Shown here in pieces: positions 1-10,186 of a stretch of DNA of 64,000 bases. The translations under genes and the position numbers were made by a program. The DNA is from Phallusia mammillata (taxonomy: Eukaryota). Location: contig OZ281495.1 in assembly GCA_965637545.1 (NCBI GenBank), positions 21,328,001 to 21,392,000 of the forward strand, given 5' to 3'. Position 1 is the first letter of the stretch; every line of letters starts with the position of its first letter. A model generated the notes under the pieces. The model was not told where the DNA came from. It made no database searches and saw only the letters and a program-made list of their open reading frames with translations.

Positions 1-99
1 ATTTATGCAGACATGAAATAAATTAACAAAGCGTTTGACTGTCCCGTCGAACCACAGTTTGGCAAGTCACGTGTCTGGTAAAAGCACGCCGAGCGTTAG

Positions 100-165
100 C
101 AAAAAGTTGTATTAGACAACAAATTATTTGGCCCCTCCCAAAATTTTTGGCTGCCTACGCCACTG
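100..165. mobile_element. Right end of a MITE-like repeat (ends ...GGCTGCCTACGCCACTG); left end not seen
   Basis: GGCCCCTCCCAAAATTTTTGGCTGCCTACGCCACTG resembles a CAGTGGCGTAG-type terminal inverted repeat (TIR). The partner TIR and TSD are not visible, so the start coordinate is approximate. Confidence 0.4.
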
Positions 166-338
166 TAACCTATATGTGTTTCCTAAACTTTGTTAAACAA
201 ATACAAATAACTTTGGGGAACTTGATGAGATAACGGTGTGAGCCACAAATCAATCCCCGCGTATTTTCTTATTTCCTGTCAAAAAGCAAGAAACAACAAA
301 TATAACTACCAGCTCGATCAGACCCGGTTATTTTGCAG

Positions 339-3044
339 TTACACGCCCCGCGGGTTAATATTTATTAACAAATGGGGTCCACTACGCCACGCAGCGGGTG
401 TGTCGTATATCTGCATGGGAGCAGCGAACCTGGGTATCGAGCCCGAAACTTACCGGGATTTTGCAAAAAGACAAATTCACTACATGCTGGGAGACAGCGG
501 ACTTGGAAGTTACGTGGTCGGGTATGGACCCAATCCACCAACGAGGCCTCATCACAGGTACGATATAAACTGATTATCCAACTTCGAGAAAGTTATACCA
601 ATTAATGCAACAGGATAATAGCAAGAGAGCTTGTATACTCATTGAATACGTTTTCATTACAAACGTTGATGTTGGCATCATCGAAAAGCGAATTTCTGTG
701 CAGAGTGATAATTATAACAGCTTCTATTGTGCAAAGATAAAAAAATCGTTTGGAAACGCAAGGGTTCAATAAACAACAATGAAAACACTGACATTAAAGT
801 CGCATGCTGAAAATTTTGACTGGTTCATTTAGCTGTACCACATTCGTGCTAAAGAACATTTCCACAAAAACGATTGACTGGGCATCAACCATTATGAATT
901 GTTCCAGGTATTTCTGAACTACATTCTGTATTTGTTCATTCAGAGCAAGTTCATGCCCAGACGATGTCGTTTGTGGATACGAACATTTTTCAAGTGAACT
1001 CAGGAATCCCCATGTGTTGTATGGAGCATTGGTCGGAGGGCCTGATATCAACGACCAGTACACTGATGATCGAAAGTCTTTTGAGTAATACATTATTAGC
1101 ACGTTTGTCTTATGTCTAAGATTTATCCTTATTTTAATGTTATCTCGGGGTCTGTGGTTTTCAACCTCTTTCATTGTCGACACCGCCTATATTTAAACAG
1201 TTAACAAAGCTCTTATTCTACTACACCAACGATGCGGCATCGATGGCAACCCTGTCTATATGCAGGGTATCTATAGGCTACTAATGCTCAGTGCCGGATT
1301 AACCATTAGGCAAAGTAAGCACGTGCCTACAGGCCAGTCAAAAATCCAGACCACTTTGCAACAACGATCTTTGTGACAATGATTTGGCAACACTGATAAT
1401 TCTATTTTTTTAGTTGGCAACCCTGATCTTCGGGCCACTTATAAAATGTGCCTACAGGCCAGCAGACCCTTAATCCAGCACTGCTATTGCTTACCAATTA
1501 CAAAAGTGTTAAGACTGATTAGGTATATTTATAAATGCCTAATGTTATTTTAGTTGTCTTGTGATGTTTCTATAATCAAAATGTATGGTTTTAGGCACAA
1601 TGAGGTGGCGTTAGATTACAACGCCTGCTTCCAGTCTGCCATCGCCGGTTTAAAGTATCTTGAGTTATATCCACCATTGACCACGACCCCTGAACCGAAC
1701 ACTGCCACCACCACAACTACAGTTCAAACCACCACTCCTGTACCCGGGGAAGCTCCAATCAATCCAGAAGATCTCGAAGAATTCTTTGAAAATAACAACA
1801 ATATTGACTGGGGAAATTACGGCCCGGGTGGCGAAGTTGTTGCAAATACAACTGTCATGGCTGTCAGCAACGGCACAGCGTTCATAAATCAAACTCTACC
1901 CAATAATGGAGAAACAAATATGACAGCTTTTGCGACAACAACTGTTGGAGTAACGGCATCTTCTGCTGCGTTTCAAACAACAACACAGCCATTGGATACG
2001 ACTTACATTACTTCAGCAACTACAGATTTAACCACTTTGAATCCGACCAGTGTTTCGCCTAGCACTTCTCAGCCAGTTAAAACCAGTAGCATTATAACCA
2101 GAACAACGACTTCGGTTACCCCTGTAATCGTCGTGTTGCAAAAGACGACCACAGAAGCACCGAAGGATTTGGTTTTCAAAGGTGAATGCACGTGTCATTA
2201 TTTGTTGTCGTGTGATAGATCATGTTTTACGTATTCGCATTTGAAGCAAATTTTGACAAATGCCATTTGTACAGGTGGAATTTGTGATCCAATGCAAGTT
2301 TTTGACTTCTGTGCCATCGAGCGAAGAAAATTCCTCACGCATCCCGCCCGACAAAAATACGAATGCCGGTACACTGCTTTCGAGGTGCGTTAAAGTCTTC
2401 GTGCGAGCTTGTAATTACATAACAGGCTTTGGTGTTTGAATAATTGATGTTTTAAATTGTATTTGCTACAGGAGTGCGCAGACAAACAGGGTGCCACCTG
2501 CGATGACTTGTGGAGTTTTTATAACTTTTGGAACAACGACGCTTCATACGATCGCTACTTTACTGAACTGGAGTTAAAATGCAAGGAAAAGGAGGAACGT
2601 AAGGAATTCAGAGCTCTAGCTAACTGGAAATTACTTTTTAAACTAGTAATCCGATTTTCTATTGTGTAGTGTACAAACAGAAGTGCTTTGTCCGAGGAAT
2701 TCAAAATACATTCAATGAATGCAACGATAAAGTGCAATCTATTCCCATTCATCCTAAGGAGTCCAATGTGATTTGTCGGTACGTGTTTTCCTGGTATCTT
2801 TCTAAATTTAACTTCCCAAAATTGTAAGTCGTAATTATTTTGCAGGTGGCACGCGTTTCAAAACTGCACGAATGAACAAGTCGGCCACTGTCTTGTTACC
2901 TGGAACACATGGAAATATTGGAATTTCAACAAAGGAAAGCCTCACTTTACACCCGAGGACCGAACATGTTCTAGCGCAGTTATTCGACCGACTTTGTGGC
3001 TGATAAATATTATTTTTGTTTTCTATTTTACTCAACTTGTTTGA
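339..3044 (+). CDS. Glycoside hydrolase family 9 endoglucanase (cellulase), 3' part; 5' exons lie before the window. Exons 339-557, 944-1084, 1595-2181, 2275-2384, 2472-2598, 2670-2778, 2846-3044
   Basis: Spliced translation gives GH9 signatures KWGPLRHAA, QIHYMLG...SYVVGYGPNPPTRPHHR, NPHVLYGALVGGPD and DDRKSFEHNEVALDYNA (catalytic Glu in NEVA). All introns are GT-AG with matching phases. Then a Thr-rich linker, a Cys-rich region and a hydrophobic tail ending at TGA 3042-3044. Confidence 0.93.
1289..1483. mobile_element. hAT-type MITE (195 bp) in a GH9 intron
   Basis: TIR CAGTGCCGGATTAA / TTAATCCAGCACTG; 8-bp TSD CTAATGCT / CTATTGCT (1 mismatch); internal direct repeat GTGCCTACAGGCCAG twice. 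Confidence 0.8.
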
Positions 3045-3519
3045 TTTGGATCCAATGCCTGAATTGTTGCAGTCACTGTGCAAAAGTGCCTTTATTATGT
3101 AAATGCATATATATCACATTGATACAGCCTTCGGTTTTAGAAGTTATGATGTAAGCTTTTCAGCCAAAACCCACTTGGAAAAAACATTGCTAATCATTTT
3201 CATGCGTCGCTAAGCGAGAACAGGAGCACTTTTACACTGCTTTGGCCGCTGGAGTTAGTCTTGTAGTATCGGAAATGCCGATCTGTCGCGTACTTTACGC
3301 TAAATTCATGTGGCAAAATATCACTTTCCATTATGGCCAGCAAAACTTGACTTAATGAGTGTGGTCAAATTCGCTTATCGTTACACCAATGCAATAAACT
3401 TTTATATGATTTTTATGAAGGAATTTAATTTTAGTCAGCAGTTCGGAAAAAATAGAAAACGGTTTAGTATCAGCAGCAAGATAAATAGTGACCCACCACC
3501 ACAAAAAAATCCAAAAAAT

Positions 3520-6064
3520 CTAGATGTGTTCATCACTTTTATCAAAAAAGTTGTTTTCCACAATAAAACGAACACATTGCAAAATATCGTTGCGTTCCCG
3601 GCGCATCTCTGGTTCCAAAAGCTATAAACAGATCACAAAATTAGACAAACCACTAAAATACTTAGTAGGACAAACCAATCCTGTATACTTGCCTTTCGTA
3701 AAAGCGAAGGTCTAGCTAAGCGTGATTTATATGCTGGTCTACTTTGCTGCTTGTTTCTTCCCTTTTTATATTGTCCAGGTTTTTCAGACAATGCAGGTTT
3801 AGCCCCATCTTTTGAGCTACTGTTTGGCAAAGGTATACAACGGTTAAGATCATTTAACCTTTAATCACAACTAGCTTAATTATTCTTACTTGAACTTACT
3901 TAATATTTTTAACTGCTGTTTCCGTGTCACTTAGTTTAGTGACTTCATTTGGCGTTTTTTCTGAGTCATCAGAATCTTCACTGTCATAATTTGACATCAA
4001 CATTCCTAAACCACCCAAGCCTTTCCCTATTGAAGGAATTGCCTCTTCTGCAGGAGTTTCACCATCTAATACATCTGTGGAAAAAGGCAGGAAAAGCTAT
4101 ATGATAAACTGAAGTGCCAAAGCCTTTACCTCAAGCTAACACCTTAAGTTTTAAGTTCATTTATGAAAGTTTGTGTTTGTTATGTCATAAAACCATCTGA
4201 AATAAAAAATGTCTTTGTTGAAATAAGATTATTAAAACAGTAAAGCAAAAAAGAATTAATGTAATAACTAAAACAAACAGTTAATTTCAACATAATACAG
4301 TTATATTTAATTTAAATATGAGTATGTACAGAATGTTCATGTCCTACCATTCTGTAAATCTTGATTAGCAGCAAAGAAATCCATTGGATTGTTTGTGGGC
4401 TTCTGTTGCTCATAAACCACATATTTATTGTTTTCAACATTCCTTGAATTTCCTCTTCCTCTACAGATTGAAAGCAAAAATGATTTTTTCACAAATAGAT
4501 TTGGATTATTTTTATTAAATTTTTTATTAAATTTTTTACCTAAATCTATTTCCCCTGGATCCTCTTCCACCTCTATTTGATCGTTTGCCTCGAAACTTGC
4601 TAGTTAAATAAATTGCAAAAAATTAGAACATCTTAAATTGAAAAAGGTGTAAAAAATGTTGCATAAAGCAATTCTGCTATTTAAAATTTTAGCCATTTTT
4701 TAAATCAATTCCTGAATAATATAATCCTATTTTAGTTGATAATGTATATTTTTTTACACAACAATTTTTTAGTACCTAAAAGATTGGGGCTGTAAAATTG
4801 CACCAGACTTGTGTCTTTCAATTTCTGTGGCTTGTTTCTCTTGAATACGAGCGCTGGTGGGAAATTTTTTTCTTCTTTCCTCTCTCCATTTTTTAATTTC
4901 TTCTGGGCTTTCCAAACTTGTCTTAGGTCCATCTGTATGAACAGACAATAAAACTTTTGTAATAGGTTCAAAAGCAAGGTTGTGTTGAGTAATTGTATTG
5001 GATTCTTTTGTTTGATTGAAAATATAACAAAAGGTATTCTATAGCATTGCAGCATTTTGTTTCTAATAAGCTAATAAATAAATTTATTTTGCTTGCAAAA
5101 AATATGACAAAAATAGTAAAAGTAAAAACACATTTTCGTGTTATGAGATGACTCTTTAAATGTCAAAGAAAATATTTTGAAAGAGTTTCCAATTTATTTT
5201 ACAAAACAACCTATTCTTAGGTGTGGATTTTTATCTGCACAAAATATATTTCCTCCAAATATCAAGGAGTTTCACCACCATGGTAATAAAACTATACTTA
5301 CAAGGGCCATGAAAATTGCGACGGTGAATTTCAACAATTTTAAAATGTGCTTCAAATTTACAACCAGTTTCTGAGCACTGCAAATAAAAATAACATGTAA
5401 AAACACACAAATACATTTTGTAAAAAAATAAATTTAACTTAAGTTACAATTCAGGGTTTACCAACAAAGTCTATGCAAAACACCTAATGGCACCAGTCTG
5501 CAGAACATGGCAGTTCCGCGTGCGCGCATGCACGACCGGTAGGTTCGCATGCGAGACAAATTTCAGCAGATGCAAAAGCAAGTTCAAGAGGTCAATACAG
5601 GCCAATTAAACGCCTTTGGTGCAAAATTTGCGCGTGCAAACCCAAAAAATTGGCGTGCAAAAAATTTTGTTTAAAAAAAATTGCGCGTGCCACATTCTGC
5701 ACTCTGCAGACTGGTAATGGCATATGTTTACACCAAGTATGCAACAAACCTTTATATGTTGTGAAAAGTGCTCTTGCTTTTTCTCTTGTGTTTTAAAACC
5801 TCTGTCACATACATCACAAAAGTCAATAAAGTTTTCAGATTTTTGTTTTTTACCACCCCAACCTGCTGAACAGTTCTCAAGCGTACGTTTCTTGTTAAAC
5901 TTTTGTTTTTGGTAATAGTGTCCATCTCTTGGCAATGCTGATGTATGTACGTTGGTGTAGCTTTTATCTTGACTGGTCTCATACTGCTGTCCACCAAGTG
6001 CAAATTGATTAAATGCGCTTGCGTTGTTAGCCAACTCTTGAAATGTAAAGCAGTTTGGATTCAT
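3520..6064 (-). CDS. NUFIP1: NUFIP1 (FMRP-interacting, box C/D snoRNP assembly factor, Rsa1 homologue). Exons 5750-6064, 5302-5377, 4776-4932, 4540-4599, 4348-4460, 3900-4074, 3693-3819, 3520-3621
   Basis: Two C2H2-like fingers (CDVCDRGFKTQEKKQEHFSQH; CSETGCKFEAHFKIVEIHRRNFH), the NUFIP1 motif LESPEEIKKWREERRKKFPT, an RG-rich segment and the C-terminal RPSLLRKLLEPEMRRERNDILQCVRFIVENNFF. Intron phases are consistent; the last intron is GC-AG. Confidence 0.92.
5493..5714. mobile_element. 222-bp MITE with CCAGTCTGCAGA TIRs and 8-bp TSD, in NUFIP1 intron 1
   Basis: CCAGTCTGCAGA ... TCTGCAGACTGG flanked by exact TAATGGCA (5485-5492, 5715-5722); internal GCGTGC repeats. Confidence 0.85.
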
Positions 6065-6946
6065 ACTTTCCTATTTCAGAATACGCTCATATGATTGATT
6101 TATTCATAAACATATAACACCTACAGGTTTATCTGGAAAACAGTGCCGGAAAGTTACTCTGTCAACGCAACCTTACACTTTGTAAAGAATCCTAAGAACT
6201 TCGAAAAGAACATGCTCAAAACAACAACACGTGCATATGTCGCATTGACTGTAAACAATACAACCGACAGCGACAAGCGGCACAGTCATAGAAACATAAA
6301 TAAAAATAGCTCTGGACAAAGTTGAAAAGACGTTTTTCCACTCAAAGGTAAACAAGTGGAAGGATAGTGTAGTCACAACAAAGTTTTTTTTGGGTTCCTT
6401 AAGACATGAAATTTTGTATAACTTATGGGAGGGTAAAAAGGATGAGGAACATTGAGTTGAGTTGATTCTACTATACTAGAGAATCAGGAAAAAGCTAATC
6501 GCTGTTGCCTAAAATTCGTCTGGTATTCACGAGGTAAATAAACTTAAATCAAATTTACTGCTTTCTTGCTACTTATTGTCGCGACTAGCTATGAGCATGA
6601 TTTCTGTTGGAAGTGCGGATGACTGAAGACAAACAAATGACGCAAAATATTTCAAGCCCCTCTGTGAAAATACAAAATTCTTCGCACCGCAGTGAAGAGT
6701 TCCTCCCTCATACGGCTTTCTCAAAATATACCAATAAAATATGCCTTTACGTTTTGAAAAACAAAACAATCTTAAAACGTTTTCCAGCTGCAGCTGCTTG
6801 ACAACTTCATTCTTCTTCGGTTTCATTGTTAAAGCATTTACATAAATTCTACATTTCCTTCCGGGCAACAACAAACAAAGACTGTTCGTAACGGTTTTGT
6901 TGCTGTCCACAACAGTTTCTAAGTTTTCTAACAAAACCTTTTAGAC

Positions 6947-7258
6947 CAGGGGTGCCCAACCTTTTTTGACTTAAGATCGACTTTTGAGGTAGTCCAACTC
7001 TCGAGATCTACCATTCCAATACAAATTAGCAAAGACATAGCGAGTACCAGAACAAAGTAACAATTACTACTGCAACTATTACCTATGTAACGTAACAAAG
7101 CGCCAACTTATGAACTTATTAACATGTCGTTGTGATTCACACAGTAAAGTCATCTATGTAAAGCAACTATTTAAAATAATTTTTGCAACCCTCGCGATCG
7201 ACTTGATATCAGTCCGAGATCGACCAGTCGATCGCGATCGACGGGTTGGGCACCCCTG
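6947..7258. mobile_element. hAT (Buster/Charlie-type) MITE, 312 bp
   Basis: 15-bp perfect TIR CAGGGGTGCCCAACC; exact 8-bp TSD TTTTAGAC (6939-6946, 7259-7266); subterminal GATCGAC repeats. Confidence 0.93.
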
Positions 7259-7579
7259 TTTTAGACCATTTCCAACATTCTAATCGTGAACTTTAAAAAA
7301 AATACGAACTAGTGTCAACTTGTAAGTATAGTAAAAGCAGTTTTGTTGCAAGGACCCTGACATTAAAAGAGATTAAAGCATCAAACAAATGTTCATTGAT
7401 TTTGTTAGTTAATCTGCGTTGAACTGCATGCGGTGTCGTACGTTCGCACCATCTTAACAAGTAACAAAAAGCACAATAAAATGTTAACTGCACCGCAGTC
7501 AGAATAAGTTAGTTTTATTTACTTGTTTGGTAGATTGTTGTGCGTAGTTTAGCTAAATTTTACAACAGTTAATGATTTT

Positions 7580-7665
7580 TAAGCTGCAGACAGTGCACAC
7601 TGTTTCGACCTATAAGGTCTCATGAGACCTTATAGGTCGAAACAGTGTGCACTGTCTGCAGCTTA
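7580..7665. repeat. 86-bp perfect palindrome (no loop) built from a hammerhead-ribozyme-like motif, probably derived from a Penelope-like element
   Basis: Two 43-nt arms with the centre between 7622 and 7623. Each half reads ctcATGA-GACC-ttata-GGTC-GAAAC-AGT-gtgc-ACT-GTC: near-complete core, stem II, stem III and a GUC cleavage triplet. Confidence 0.85.
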
Positions 7666-8854
7666 TCATTTATTGGCTCATATGCTTTTACATTAATGAT
7701 TTTTTTTCCTGAATCGTTCCCGGTTTCCCTGTACACCATAAAAAGAAAGCAAATTGGACCTGATTTGTTTCCGGTTCTGGTAATAGTACCATATTCTGCT
7801 AACACAAACATGTTTTTGTCAATGTGTTTTTGTTTGAAATGTGCAGCATAGCGAATAGGCCGTTACACCATAAGGGTTTCGCAATGTCAAGAACCGTGCC
7901 GTTTTTACTACATCGGAAAAGCAGTAAAATCACGTCAACGCCTGTCACCGTTCATTTCCATTATTTGCTCCAGTAATTTCATCGGGTGGTACTATGTCAA
8001 CAAACGGGCAGCAATTTTTGATGTTTTACCACGTGCAAACAATTAAGCTCGATGAGAAATCAAATTGCTGTTTTGATGAAGCAAAATGTCGTAAAACGCA
8101 ATCTTGTTCGTTTCTTGAACTTTTAACTCGCTTCCTAACATCCTATTTTTGAACATCAATGGGTTATCGTCAACGACTTACATTAAAAGGGGTTAAACGA
8201 AAACGCACCTTGCTCCGCAAACTATAACAAAGGCAATAAAATTTCGTTTAAGAGTTAAGAGTTTCAGAGTAAAATACGGGTTTGCAGTCGCTAGACTCAG
8301 ATACTAAAGAGTTGAAACTGGGTCAAAGGCGTTGCTGGATACGATGTGACTTGTTAAATAATGCATTATTGGAGTCTGTCGGAGTTGATTGGTTCTCTCT
8401 TTCTTTGTGACGTGTGCCATGGGGAAATCGCTCGGATTTAGCTGGTACGGCAGCAGCCACGCGTCTAATCGCGCTGCTGGATGTTGCTTTACAAATGGGG
8501 ACAATCGTTGGTTTACTTACAGCGATAATTTGTACCGCATTCCCAGTTAGTGTTGATCGAAGAGTGCAGTGTGGAGAATGTAGTTCCAGTATTCAAGTGC
8601 TTTTTCAAGAAGCAGGCAGGTAAAAAGCAAACACAAGGTATATCAGATGACTCAAATCAGTTGCTAGTTGGCAAACATTAAACGATCAAGCAAACCGGAA
8701 CCGGCGGTTTTTGAGCTCAAGGTTTAGAATTACGCGAGAGTTGTTTGCTGCTTTCAGGCCAGGTGGGGAGAAACTCGCATCGCGAAGAACCGCTGCGGGG
8801 CTGGAAACGTAGTATTTTCCCCAACGAGCACGCGCACATACTTAGGCGGCGTGG

Positions 8855-8875
8855 TTACGTCACCCATGTCACGTG
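8855..8875. promoter_or_regulatory. CRE-like (TTACGTCA) plus CLEAR/E-box (GTCACGTG) pair upstream of the MITF/TFE coding region
   Basis: TTACGTCA at 8855-8862 and GTCACGTG at 8868-8875 in a GC-richer island; motif match only. Confidence 0.4.
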
Positions 8876-10186
8876 TGGCGTGAGGTATGTGACGACACCG
8901 TCTTGTGATTCTCCGCGTTTTTTGAATGGCCACTTTTCGCAGCTATTACTGGAAATGATGTAGCGCGCAATTTGGTTTATTGACAAAGTCAAACATGTCA
9001 GCACTGCAGGTCAACTGTACATAGTCTATTTGTCCCAAGGCCCATTGGGCCATCAAAACACATTGCACCACACGCCCAATCTTCGTGTGTTGTCCTGCCT
9101 GAATGTCCCCCGCTGGATATCTACGATTAAAACGAAGAGATTTTCGTCATATGACCCTTACAACGGCGTTTTTCGTCGCTGCGGATATCGGCCGCATCGA
9201 CCTTCCCGTGGCTTGTAGTGCTACGATCAATCGGGCCTGGCCCTATGTCTCTGCATTGATCTAAAGCCGCTAGTTTGTCTCCTATCTGCTGCAATCTATG
9301 TGTTGCAAGGATATTTGTAGTTTCTTTTTTAATAAATCAAGTTAGCAAGAAATATATTGCATGATAAGTTTACCACAAGCAAAACCGTACGTTTTTATGA
9401 GAGTTGTCACAAGCACATGAATAGTAACATAGATTACAGGATTGTACGTTTGAAGACGAACTTTACTACAAGCTGCAAATCAGCATATATCAAACGTGAA
9501 CCGGTATATGCCAGATGTGATAGTGCCGGCGTCTGTTCTGCCACAACGTGGGGCGCCAATCCTATCCCAAAGAATTCTTGCATTTAAGCCGGATAAGTAC
9601 ATTGACGGATGTTCTTTGTCAGTCAGTTAGTTTGTTTGCTGGTAGTTTAAGTTGGTTCATATGACCGGTTGAGTAATCAGCGTTCTAACCTAATTTTAGC
9701 GAACGAGTAAATAAATGTACCTCGCAAGCGCTTTGATGCAAGGATATACAATGTATTTTATAGCGAGCTTTAGGAAGCAAATCTGCACTTGTACAGTAAA
9801 TTTATCGATCTTGCGGTAATTGCCATTTTCATTTTAGCGCACCAGCAGAAGAAGTCACACTTTCCTCTCGGGAGCCGATTGCAGCGCATTGTATAACGTT
9901 GCATACGAAAGGCTTGTAGAATGGCATTGTTGCCTGTGGTGCCTTTGCTTTGACGAATTCATGCCCATGCGAAGCAATTCAGAGATAACTTCCTGGCCAT
10001 TAATCAACGAAGCAGTTTATGCCAAGCGGTTTACAGCAACCAGCGGGTCACAGAGATTTTCTACCATGTCAGAGTACAGCACTACTTTTCTAAGTGTTAG
10101 AAAAAAACTATTGTTGCTTTTTCAGCTTATGTTAGGTTTAAAATCGGTTAAAACAACGACCTCTATTGAATTGTGGTTTAAAAGGA

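Noticed and set aside
3045-3519. Overlapping 3' UTRs of GH9 and NUFIP1 (AATAAA at +3393 and -3096)
   Set aside because: A minus-strand ATTAAA at 3424-3429 would end NUFIP1 without overlap; this cannot be decided without 3' end data.
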